Source of the DNA: Epithemia pelagica
Lineage: Eukaryota > Protista > Bacillariophyta
Length of the DNA stretch: 64,000 nt
Direction of reading: 5' to 3'
Assembly (NCBI GenBank): GCA_946965045.2
Contig: OX337236.1
Location: 3,100,001-3,164,000, forward strand
The position numbers and the translations under genes were made by a program. Positions 22,410 to 31,726 of the stretch are shown here, piece after piece. Each line of letters opens with the position of its first letter. The stretch's first letter is position 1. The notes beneath the pieces are model-generated. The model was not told the origin of the DNA and ran no database searches. It saw only the letters and a list, made by a program, of their open reading frames with translations.

Positions 22410-25400
22410 TTACCATCCTTGATTGAGCTTACGGCAGCGCTCAAAAAGTTCTCGATTCTGGCATTTAGTAAAGTAATCAGCCTTTTGGTCAGCTGTGCTG
22501 ACCATGCTAACTTTCACGCCGCCGGGGTGGTCGCCTACATGCTCCCAAAAGAAGTGGAGGTAGGTGTTAAAATGCTTGGTCCTTGGAGTTAGGCGCTGCT
22601 TTGTTGCAAGGTAAAAGGCTCCACTATTGTCCTCAAAGACTTCAGAGAAAATAGTGGGCTTCGGGAACGGCAGCTTGAGATTGCCTAAAAGTTCTTCAAT
22701 CACTCGGCGGGTAGCTATCACACTACGCATGGCTTGTGAGAGGGCATGGTACTCAGCCTGGAGTGTACTAAGAGCTACCGATGATTGGAGCTGCGAACGC
22801 CATATTAGTGGGCATCCACAAAATGTTAGTATATAGCCAGTACGAGACTTAGCACTAACGGGATTGTCTTGGGGTTCACGTCCATGCAAACCGGCAAAAT
22901 CAGCATCTTCATAGCAATCTAGTTTGAAATCTGTAGTAGGGGTGAAGATAGTCCCTTTGTCTCTTGTTCGAACTAAGTAGCGCACAATTGTCTTGATGGC
23001 GGTAGCGTGTGATTTCTTTGGTGCTGAACTGAATCTAGCTACCTGACTAACAGCGAAAGCTATGTCAGGTCTAGTGTTGGTAGCCAGGTATAGGAGCATT
23101 CCTACTACGGAGCGATATTCCCAGCTTTCCTTCATAGGTTCACCGTCTGGGTCGCTGCCTAATCCCAGCTGGGTTGCAGGAGTCCAATTAGGGTTGCAAT
23201 CTTCTAGTCCTGTAGTTTTAATAATCTTCGCAATAAGTCCTTTCTGGGTCATGGTAATAGATTTATTCTCATGACGGATAAAGTTTATTCCGAGGTAGTC
23301 AGTGAGATTTCCTTCTTTCTTGAGAGATAACCCTTTTTCTTGTAGTCTTTTGATTAGATCGTCTATTAGTTCCATTTTAGGAGCACAGACACCACAGTCG
23401 TCTACCCACAGAAAAATGATGATGTTGTCTTTGTAAAGCAAACACTCGTCATGAGCACTGAGGGTGAATCCGTCTTCCTTTAAAGCCTCTAGTAGGTGGG
23501 TATACCATAACCTTGGAGCTGAAGACAGGCCATATAGACTCTTGATGAGTCGCAGGCAGGTCTCTCCAGGTTTGCCAGACCTAAATCCTCTAGGTAAATG
23601 AATCCATACAGGTTCATCCAACGTAGCTTGTACAAATGCATTGTTAAAATCAATGCAGGCAAGCTCCCATCCTAGGATTAAGCTGATAGTGAGGACAATA
23701 CGGATTGAGCTCCAGTGAACAACTGGGCTGTAGTTTTCTTGTTCCGTTTCCTGTAAGTCTCCTCTCACACAATATCTGGCTTTGTGTTTGAGGATCTCAC
23801 CATCGGGAGTTCTCTTTCGTTTAAATACCCAAGTTCCTGGTAGAATCCGTGTTTTTGCCTGAGATTTTGGGACCTCTTCCCATGTTCCTTTACCTTCGAG
23901 TTCCATAATTTCTTTGTGTGCTGCAACTTTCCATTTATCAATGTCAGCATCTCGCATGGCTTCGTCATAAGAAAGCGTATCTGGATCAGAGAGAGATGCT
24001 TTCATGACGGTCAGGAGGTCGCTATGATCTACAGATGGAGGAGCAGTAGGATGAACGGTAGCCACATTTATTTCTTCTACAAGACGAGTGGGCCGTTTAA
24101 CAGTCCGACCGGAGCGACAAGTGGTGATGGTTGGTGCGAGAGAGGGAGTGGAACCGGAAGTGGGTTGAGTGGATTTGCGAGGACGGGACTCCCTCTGAGG
24201 CCGAATCTCCCTCTGAGGAGATGGACCAGGGGAAGGAGTAGTGTTGGGAGAAGGAGAAGGCAAAAGAGGGGTTGTCGAAGGCGAGGTTTCAGCGACCTGG
24301 TCAGTTTTCTCCCTCTGAGGAAGGGGTGTATTGGAAAAGGACATCCGCTTAGGGGATGGTTGATACACCGGTTCCTCATTGGGAGCTGGAATCGATACGG
24401 GTCTGTTGCTTGGTGTCGAACTGGGTGCTGGTGCGCCAATGGGAGTAGCACGGGGATTACTTAAAGGAAACGTGCCAGGAGTGGAACTGGGTTGGGAAGG
24501 CGATGGAAGCACGGCAAAAGGACGATGAGTCCCAATTGCATGTGCGACATCGGATTCTCTTTGTGTATAGGACTGTTGTGCGGCCTCATCTGTAGTAGTA
24601 GGCGCTTCAATATTTGGAGCATCGTCGTTGTCGAGATCTATATATTGATAGGAGGAGTCTCCGAACAGTTTATACCACGTGTCAGTGAAGAAGTCGGGCA
24701 ATTGTTCATAAGTCATAGCAATTGTACTGAACCAATCGTCGAAAACTACATGGAATTGTGGTGTTATGTAGCCGGTGTCAGGGTTAAGTACCAGAGGGAC
24801 CAAACTAGCATGACGGTTACTTAACCCCATGAGTTGGCAACGTGTAGACCTAGGCTTCCAACGAGGTAGTTTCTTCCCGTCGGCAATGGATTTCTGTAGG
24901 ACATAGACTGGGCAGCCCCACACGTGTAGGTCGTGGAACTTTCGTTGTTCCCAACGCACACGTGTAAATAAGTCGTGGGGGCTAATCCCTGTGTCAGTAC
25001 GGGGCACATGATTATGTAGGTACACTGCATGTGATACTGCCATGGGCCATAGCATAGGGTCAGCTAATTCTGGCCAGTGTATTGCAGCATGGAGCATCAT
25101 TGTACGAGCAATAGACATAATAGTTTGTATTGCCCGTTCGGCAATGCCAGCATGGTGATGTGCCCCAACTCCGGCAAATCTGGAAATTTGAGCGAATGTT
25201 CGGAGTGATTGGGTGTAATCCTTAGAGGTAAAGGCTGCTCCATTGTCCGTTAGGTATTGAAGCGGTACTACCCCTATTTCTCTACAGAAAAGCTCGAAGG
25301 ATTCCTTAACACTCAGCGTTTCATGTGTATTTAGGTGGGATTGAAATCCTATCCACGTGTATCCCGAAGCGTGGTCTACAAAGATTGCTCCACCTGTATA

Positions 25401-27374
25401 AAGATCGTTGATTTTTGATTTCCCCTTTGAGTCAAAGCGTCTCCCCTTTGTAGAACACACAAAATGATCTACTGAGATGCATTGACCTGGATGCAGGTTA
25501 CCGTCTTTGGTAACCCCTTGTTTGTCTTTGACGATGATCGTTTTCGTCCCTGGTTCGGTTCGTCTGCGTTGTTTCCCGAATTGACATGCTGCGCACAAGG
25601 GTAAGTCGGTGAGTGTGGATGCGAGAGTGTGTAAACGACGCGTTTTCTCTGTTGTTGCCAAAACGCCTGTTCGCATGAGAAACTGTACCTTGAGAAGATT
25701 CATGTGTCCGAGTCGGTAATGCCATTTGAGAAGTTCCTTCTGTGCTGGTGAGAGGTTTGCGTTTTGGTGTGCGACTTCATTCACAGTACTGTTGAAAGCG
25801 AGTGATGTTGTTTGTAAGTGGTCTGAATTGTATCCGTAGGACATTGGAAGATTGTTCTTCGGATTTACCATCACATTTACCTCTCGGCGATCAGGGTCGC
25901 CTGGAATTCCAGTCAAGGTAAGTGTATAACCGTCCTGAATGATTTTCTCTCCATGGTACTGCTGAAGAAGATTTTGCGTTGACAACAATCTCACAGAAAT
26001 TTTTGGTACATGGAATGCAGGAAGTTTCAACATTCGTGGAGCGCCATTCGTGTCCAAAACCGTCCAAAGGACAGTTCCTCGTCCAACAGCCTTCATTTTA
26101 TTGGCAATACCTTTTACTTTCAGATCAGGGAAGGGCTTGATCTTTCCAATGAAGTCCTTGGCGTCGTTGGTAATGGAGATACTCGCTCCGGAGTCCCAGA
26201 TGATTGGGTACGAGGCTCCTTTTGGCATGGATTCACGAAGAGCCTTTGGATCTTGGAGTGTTGCTCGAAGAGCCTGTAGGGTGATGTTCTCCCACGGGTG
26301 GTGTGTGATGGAGTCAAGGTCAAGATCGTTGATGGAGGCCATCATTGCCATCATGTTGTTTGGATTGAGGGAGGCTCGGTGATGATGAAATCGTGGTACA
26401 GGCCGTGTGGAGCATGGTACGTTTTGGCAATAATAGGGAGTGTTGCTCCTGTTTTCGGTGTTCGATCTCTGACGGTTGTATCCCGCCAGATGTTGATGGG
26501 GATTTCCAGCAGAGATGGGGTGCTGGAAGCGACGAGCGCGAGAACGCAACAAACTTGTCTTTGTCGGCATTCGTCGGCTGGTCGGTAGTGTGGAGTCATT
26601 ATGCTCGGAAGGTGTGTTAGCGAATGGCCCGCGGCTTCGCTTGTGCCTTCGAGGTGAACTCGAGTTGACCTTGAATGAAGTGTTCCGCCGTTTTCTCCCT
26701 CGCTTCGCGGGTATAATGGTTCGTAAGCTCGTAAGGCCAGCCTGACATAAAGATGCCGACCATTCCAACAATCTACAACCAAACACAACAATCAACCGAA
26801 TCGGTGTGGAGAACAAGGAGAAGAAGAAGGACCTTGTAGGGGAGTTGTGGTTGGTGGCAAAGTGGGTTCGGCGGTTGTTTAGCTGGGCACGAAAGGCATT
26901 GACCGAGACGGCGGTCCTTTGGGTGTTATTGGGGCGATTTGGTCCCTTGGCTTTGTTAGAGTTCTTGGATTTGGGACTGGATGAGAGGCTGAAACTGAGA
27001 AAGATGGCCATCCAACAAGAAATCCATGTAACGATACCAGGCATGCAGCCAGGATGCAGCAAGAAGGAAACAGAAATTTCCTTGAATCCGCAGTAAGCTT
27101 CATAGACACCATAGTAGAGATGTACCGCGGCACTGTACAGGTGTCCTAGCCCATTTGTAAAGGCGTCCTTAGATTCCTCGGTAGTGGTTGGAGCTGGGAT
27201 CAGCCAGAGGATGATCGGTAACAGGACAACAAAATGTAGAAGGGCGACCAAGAAAAGATGCTGAAGAGAGAAAGTTTCGTCTGAAAGCTCCTCGACTGGC
27301 GTGCGCGCCGGTCGTCGTGGGGTACGCACGTGTCCAAAGGTGAAAGGTGCATAGTAGACTTCTACCTTTACCAC
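22410..27374 (-). CDS. pol: Copia Pol (protease, integrase, reverse transcriptase, RNase H) with about 340-aa hydrophobic/basic N-terminal extension
   Basis: IIWDSGASISIT (protease); WHYRLGH..CAACQFGK (HHCC); ISVDH, LTDNGAAF, GIAERAI (DDE); KARYCVRGDLQ, DFNNAFVQ, KSLYGL, LWVDDC (RT); DADFAG, QAEY, FEDNSGA, RTKH, KADYFTK (RNase H). The ORF begins at a GTG; the first ATG is at 27044. Confidence 0.95.
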   Translation of the reverse strand: MVKVEVYYAPFTFGHVRTPRRPARTPVEELSDETFSLQHLFLVALLHFVVLLPIILWLIPAPTTTEESKDAFTNGLGHLYSAAVHLYYGVYEAYCGFKEISVSFLLHPGCMPGIVTWISCWMAIFLSFSLSSSPKSKNSNKAKGPNRPNNTQRTAVSVNAFRAQLNNRRTHFATNHNSPTRSFFFSLFSTPIRLIVVFGCRLLEWSASLCQAGLTSLRTIIPAKRGRKRRNTSFKVNSSSPRRHKRSRGPFANTPSEHNDSTLPTSRRMPTKTSLLRSRARRFQHPISAGNPHQHLAGYNRQRSNTENRSNTPYYCQNVPCSTRPVPRFHHHRASLNPNNMMAMMASINDLDLDSITHHPWENITLQALRATLQDPKALRESMPKGASYPIIWDSGASISITNDAKDFIGKIKPFPDLKVKGIANKMKAVGRGTVLWTVLDTNGAPRMLKLPAFHVPKISVRLLSTQNLLQQYHGEKIIQDGYTLTLTGIPGDPDRREVNVMVNPKNNLPMSYGYNSDHLQTTSLAFNSTVNEVAHQNANLSPAQKELLKWHYRLGHMNLLKVQFLMRTGVLATTEKTRRLHTLASTLTDLPLCAACQFGKQRRRTEPGTKTIIVKDKQGVTKDGNLHPGQCISVDHFVCSTKGRRFDSKGKSKINDLYTGGAIFVDHASGYTWIGFQSHLNTHETLSVKESFELFCREIGVVPLQYLTDNGAAFTSKDYTQSLRTFAQISRFAGVGAHHHAGIAERAIQTIMSIARTMMLHAAIHWPELADPMLWPMAVSHAVYLHNHVPRTDTGISPHDLFTRVRWEQRKFHDLHVWGCPVYVLQKSIADGKKLPRWKPRSTRCQLMGLSNRHASLVPLVLNPDTGYITPQFHVVFDDWFSTIAMTYEQLPDFFTDTWYKLFGDSSYQYIDLDNDDAPNIEAPTTTDEAAQQSYTQRESDVAHAIGTHRPFAVLPSPSQPSSTPGTFPLSNPRATPIGAPAPSSTPSNRPVSIPAPNEEPVYQPSPKRMSFSNTPLPQREKTDQVAETSPSTTPLLPSPSPNTTPSPGPSPQREIRPQRESRPRKSTQPTSGSTPSLAPTITTCRSGRTVKRPTRLVEEINVATVHPTAPPSVDHSDLLTVMKASLSDPDTLSYDEAMRDADIDKWKVAAHKEIMELEGKGTWEEVPKSQAKTRILPGTWVFKRKRTPDGEILKHKARYCVRGDLQETEQENYSPVVHWSSIRIVLTISLILGWELACIDFNNAFVQATLDEPVWIHLPRGFRSGKPGETCLRLIKSLYGLSSAPRLWYTHLLEALKEDGFTLSAHDECLLYKDNIIIFLWVDDCGVCAPKMELIDDLIKRLQEKGLSLKKEGNLTDYLGINFIRHENKSITMTQKGLIAKIIKTTGLEDCNPNWTPATQLGLGSDPDGEPMKESWEYRSVVGMLLYLATNTRPDIAFAVSQVARFSSAPKKSHATAIKTIVRYLVRTRDKGTIFTPTTDFKLDCYEDADFAGLHGREPQDNPVSAKSRTGYILTFCGCPLIWRSQLQSSVALSTLQAEYHALSQAMRSVIATRRVIEELLGNLKLPFPKPTIFSEVFEDNSGAFYLATKQRLTPRTKHFNTYLHFFWEHVGDHPGGVKVSMVSTADQKADYFTKCQNRELFERCRKLNQGW

Positions 27375-28157
27375 TCGTCGTCCTACCCTTCCCCACTCAC
27401 TGAGGACTCACTGAGGAGTAAGTCACTCCCCACACTCACACTACCTAAGCCCCTAAAATTACTGTACGTAGATTTTTTATTCTAGTGTAATCATGCAAAA
27501 TAGCCCGGGAAAAGAAACAAAAAGTAGCACCACGCACCACCCAAACACCGAAACGAAAAACGAACCAAAAGACGGCCAGGAATGGACAATGGACAGAGGT
27601 TCGCAATTCGCAACAATCCACCATCATTGTGAGTTGGGAGTTGGTAGAGCTTTTGTTGGTGGATGGATTATGGATACATCCTCCATCCTCCCGGAGAAGG
27701 AGGACTCACCTTGGTCAGCTTTCCCATTGTTGTTGTGTTTGTGTCGTTTATTCAGTGGTCGTGGTCGGGTCGGGTCGGGAACGGGAAAGGAGAGAAGAGG
27801 CGTGGGGGTAATGGGGGACATTCATTGACTCTACTCGTAAGTATTCTGTTGTCTTATTTAAAAACGAGGCACGCCTCGGAGTTTGATTGGCCTTCCATAA
27901 ATGTAAGACAAATGTTACTTAAGCATTAACCGTTATTATTCATCCGATGTAATCGGATGTGATCACTTAAGTGACATGGCTATTTACAAACAATTAAAGA
28001 TTACCTAGTGCCCTATCAAAAGTTGGGCCAGCCTAATTGTATAATAATAATTTGGCTCTCGACTCCTAAGTATCGAAGGAGAGAGCCGATCACTTAGGAA
28101 GACTGAAAATTACCTAGCGTGCGCTGGCACGACTCCTTGTGACAAAGGAAGCTAACA

Positions 28158-28369
28158 TACTTTAATAGCCCCGTGGGACTCCTCGTCGCAGGGCGCTCCT
28201 CGTGGCTTAACTCCTCGTCGGGCAATAGCTTCTCGTCGTGGACTGCCCCCTCGATCCGCTTAGGCGGATCTCACAGGGGCAGTCCACTCCTCGTCGCTAT
28301 TGCCCTTCTCGGAGTTGAGCCACTCCTCACACCCTAGCTCCTCCTCGTCCACCCTCAGCTATTAAAGTA
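28158..28369 (-). ncRNA. Predicted rod-shaped structured RNA element inside the retrotransposon
   Basis: Nested inverted repeats 28158-69/28358-69 (12 bp), 28190-95/28330-35, 28202-14/28311-23, 28220-29/28296-305, 28238-49/28276-87 and 28253-59/28264-70. Confidence 0.7.
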
Positions 28370-29528
28370 GATTTACTACGCATTTTCCTACCATTGAGCC
28401 TCCTACTGTCTCGTCCACAGTACAGTTGGATCCGTCCGAAGTGTCTTGGGGGTCAGTGTCTCCTTCATTTTGTTGAGAAGTGGCAGGTTGTGAAGCCTCA
28501 TCTTCATCATCGTCGAAATCGACACAAGCGAGATGAGCAAAATACTTGGTGAGTGCCACTGTCTTGTTCGAGTCATCATCATCATCCGTTTTGTTTTCGG
28601 GTTCCGAGGGAACATATCGTTCGCCTAGCGTGTTGGTTGGAACGAAAGAGGAGGATGAGTTGCTTGTTGAGTCATCTGTCATCGTGCTCTTGTTCTCACG
28701 GAATGTTGTGAGTTTTGTTGCAGGAGTGAACTGCATCGCTGATCCAGAGCTGGAGGTGTCCATCGGTTGAAAACAAGGAACCATCGGGCCTGGTGGAATG
28801 GGCGACATTCCAGGAAAGCAAGATGCTGGTCGAGGGTGATTCGGAATGGGCATTCCATCAACGAAGTATCCCATTGCCCATTCCTCTTCTTTGACACGTT
28901 GGTATGCCTCAGCCACGGTAAGTCTCGGCTCTCGCCAAGCGTTTGCGAACACGGTTTTGGCTGCTCTCTCGTACCTCATCCCATCTCTTTTTGCTTGCTC
29001 TGCTTCGAGAATGATATGCTGCATTGCATATTTTGTCGATGCAGGGATGCTCAGCCGTCGTCTTGGAGGAGGAGGCGGCGGAGTCGGATCGTTCGGAGAA
29101 AAGGGCAAGGGAGCATTTGGCCGTGGTGGCAGAGGTCGTGCCTGATGGATTGGAGAGATGGCTGGTAGTTTCTTTTCCAAACTCGCCAATTGTCCAGCTT
29201 GGAGATGCTTGATTGCATCGGTCGATGTGTCCGTGCTTGTTTCAGGAGTTTTGTAAGTGAGATCTGTCTCTTCACTTTCCATTTCGTCGTAGTTCTCATT
29301 GATTGCTGCTGCTGCTGTGATTTCTTTGTCGTACATGTCCTCGAGAAATCGTTGGGTTGCAGCGTCATTCAATGGATCGAGCGGATCGTCATCATGGTTG
29401 TTTGTCATCGTCAGATCCATGTCATTCCATTGATCGAAATATGTTGGTCCGTTGTTCTTGGATGGCTCGACGACTGGAAAGGTAGGCTCAAACGTTCCAA
29501 TGGTACTGGTTCCTGATGAGTCTTCCAT
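28362..29528 (-). CDS. Retrotransposon accessory ORF2 (388 aa, acidic/Pro-rich, unknown function)
   Basis: ATG-started ORF between gag and pol, in the gag frame, 8 codons after the gag TAA. Confidence 0.65.
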   Translation of the reverse strand: MEDSSGTSTIGTFEPTFPVVEPSKNNGPTYFDQWNDMDLTMTNNHDDDPLDPLNDAATQRFLEDMYDKEITAAAAINENYDEMESEETDLTYKTPETSTDTSTDAIKHLQAGQLASLEKKLPAISPIHQARPLPPRPNAPLPFSPNDPTPPPPPPRRRLSIPASTKYAMQHIILEAEQAKRDGMRYERAAKTVFANAWREPRLTVAEAYQRVKEEEWAMGYFVDGMPIPNHPRPASCFPGMSPIPPGPMVPCFQPMDTSSSGSAMQFTPATKLTTFRENKSTMTDDSTSNSSSSFVPTNTLGERYVPSEPENKTDDDDDSNKTVALTKYFAHLACVDFDDDEDEASQPATSQQNEGDTDPQDTSDGSNCTVDETVGGSMVGKCVVNLL

Positions 29529-29552
29529 ATCACTCTCACTGAACTGTTTTTC

Positions 29553-31262
29553 TTAAATGTTGGCTGAAGTGACACGATCCGGTGTAACAGCTTGGGGAGT
29601 GGTGTTGGAGAAGAGCGAGCTTGAATCTTCATTGGACTTGGTTTCTTCATACCTTTCTTCTTTGCTTTCTTCGTCTTCTTCAAAGGAGGCCATGAAGGCA
29701 CAAAGTTCGTATTCCTCATCAGGTGAGTTGTCACAGTGGTCGTAATCGTCGTCCTCTGAGTTGTCTTCACAGAACTCATATTCTTCCTTGTCCATTTCTC
29801 TGACAATGTCCCTGTCCCAGTAGCGAGAATGGAGATCGAGTTCTGCTTTCCAGGCCGTTGCGTCAAACTCAAGAACATGAGCGGATGCTTTATGTTTCTG
29901 TTGGTTCTTGTTGTTCTTGGCCATGGATTTGAATCCGACAATATGCTCGCTAGTACGATGCGTGGTGTTCCAGATCTTGCAAGTGCCGCACCAGAAATAT
30001 GTTTGGCCGTCTTTGGTACGTTCATCCGGCTGGCCATCTGCAGGCGGAACACGTTTCCATTGGTGAGTAGAATCGTTTTTGGGTGTGGAAGAAGGCTTGT
30101 CCGTTTTGCCTTTGAACTTGTTGTTGCTCTTGTTCTTCCCCTTCTCACGAAAACTGTTCTTGCTCTTACCATACGTTTGCATCTGAGGGATGAGGGCATT
30201 GGCTTGGTAGCCGATACGGGTCTTGCCACGGCGATTGTTTGTCACTGTCAGGTTCCCGCCATAAGAAACAGGTAAGGCCTTGCTGTCCTTGTGGGAGCTT
30301 TTGGCACTCCATTCGCCTTGCTTGACACTAACAAGGTACCGGTTGTTGGCGATCTCGGAGACGTGCGTGTACAGGAGCTTGTTGGTGCTCATGTAGGAGT
30401 CAGCGACGGAACGATCGAGAAAACGGATGTGTTCTACGGCGTCTTTGACTTTCTTGTTGAGAATCAAGAGGTCAAATTTTGGAGTTTCCGGCCATTCAGC
30501 GGTGAGGATGTTCTTGAGGAGATTCGCGGTGAGGGTGTGGTCATAAAGACCAGCAGCCGAAAGAGGACGTGCCTTGTTCGCGAAATCAGTGGTAAGTGCG
30601 GTAATGTCGTGTCCTGAGTACTGTTGGGGTAGCAGACTGCGCATCTCACCCTTTACCAACTCCCAATGTTCGATGGAGTCGTCCGTAATGATGCGGACGA
30701 TTACCATAAAGAGGACGGGAAACGAGTTCGCAGAGCGGGATTGGTCCTCTACTTCGCGACGAAAGGTTTTCTCGAGAGAATCGAGTAAGTAGTCCTGAGC
30801 CGCTGCGTCATTGTTCTGATCGTACTTATCGTATTTTTGGATCTGCTCTGCCATCAGGTCCTGGACGCGCTCGTTGGTGAAACGAGGATGCTCCGTGATG
30901 ATGTTGATCATCGATGTGGAGTTCTTGGGGTCAGGTAAGTACACAATCGTGTCCATCCCATGTTTGACAAAGTGCCGATTGAGCTCATCCTGCAATCGCG
31001 AGAAATTGCCTTTCTTCTTGTCAAACTTGTCAATAGGTCCAGTTACGCGGTCGATGTACCGCTTGTCTGTTAAGGTACGTAACTGGAGACTCCTGAGAGG
31101 TTCCGTCTTGGCTGAGTCATCTAACTTGGACCAGTCATGTTTCGGTTTTCCTCCAGTCCAAGCGACGTACTCGTCACGTCGGGACTGCACCAGTCCGCCC
31201 ATGAAGGGCTTGTCTGGCATGAAAACGTCCGTGTTTTCTTGTGGATCGTCGTTTGCTGCCAT
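29553..31262 (-). CDS. gag: Gag-like protein (first ATG 31262; frame open to 31508)
   Basis: Lies just downstream of the PBS. AWTGGKP segment, helical core, basic region and a C-x2-C-x5-H-x4-H knuckle (WCGTCKIWNTTHRTSEH). Confidence 0.85.
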   Translation of the reverse strand: MAANDDPQENTDVFMPDKPFMGGLVQSRRDEYVAWTGGKPKHDWSKLDDSAKTEPLRSLQLRTLTDKRYIDRVTGPIDKFDKKKGNFSRLQDELNRHFVKHGMDTIVYLPDPKNSTSMINIITEHPRFTNERVQDLMAEQIQKYDKYDQNNDAAAQDYLLDSLEKTFRREVEDQSRSANSFPVLFMVIVRIITDDSIEHWELVKGEMRSLLPQQYSGHDITALTTDFANKARPLSAAGLYDHTLTANLLKNILTAEWPETPKFDLLILNKKVKDAVEHIRFLDRSVADSYMSTNKLLYTHVSEIANNRYLVSVKQGEWSAKSSHKDSKALPVSYGGNLTVTNNRRGKTRIGYQANALIPQMQTYGKSKNSFREKGKNKSNNKFKGKTDKPSSTPKNDSTHQWKRVPPADGQPDERTKDGQTYFWCGTCKIWNTTHRTSEHIVGFKSMAKNNKNQQKHKASAHVLEFDATAWKAELDLHSRYWDRDIVREMDKEEYEFCEDNSEDDDYDHCDNSPDEEYELCAFMASFEEDEESKEERYEETKSNEDSSSLFSNTTPQAVTPDRVTSANI

Positions 31263-31714
31263 GATTCGTTGCGGTCGCCTCCTGGATCTCGATACACCAA
31301 TCAACGGTCTTGTCCGATCTGTATCTGATGTGGCAGTTCGCGTTGGGTCGGTCTCAGGTGGAACAATTTGCAATGGTCGAGTGGTCTCTTGCTGGGATTC
31401 GCGTTGGGCGTTTGGATCGGCAGTTGGATCACTGTTCGGTGCTTCTAGAGGGTCGACGGTCTCTTGCTGGGGATCTGGATTGGAGTTGGTATCACTGTCC
31501 GAATTCAACCAGTCGAAGCTTCCAAGTCCACTTGAGGTCGGGGAGATGTCGTCCGCCGTTGTGGATTCTTGGTTGGGGCCTTGATTGGCTCCAGTAGTAT
31601 TTGCGCGCTTTGGATGCTTGGTAGGGACGACTCAGTGGTAGTCCTCCAAGGTAGTTAACTTCTTGATAAATTGATCGATAGAGAGAATAGCGTATGGTTT
31701 ATCAGCCTTGATTT

Positions 31715-31726
31715 GGGCTCATAACC
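31715..31726 (-). promoter_or_regulatory. Primer-binding site (copia/Ty5-type, initiator tRNA-Met half molecule)
   Basis: GGTTATGAGCCC on the minus strand abuts the 5' LTR. Confidence 0.85.

Noticed and set aside
28170-28350. Recurring CTCCTCGTC units as a CRISPR-like array
   Set aside because: The units are about 9 nt and the intervening sequences pair with each other, so a hairpin explains them. No cas genes; the context is eukaryotic.
29505-29550. CTGATGAG hammerhead-ribozyme core
   Set aside because: No downstream GAAA or flanking helices; it lies antisense within the start of ORF2.
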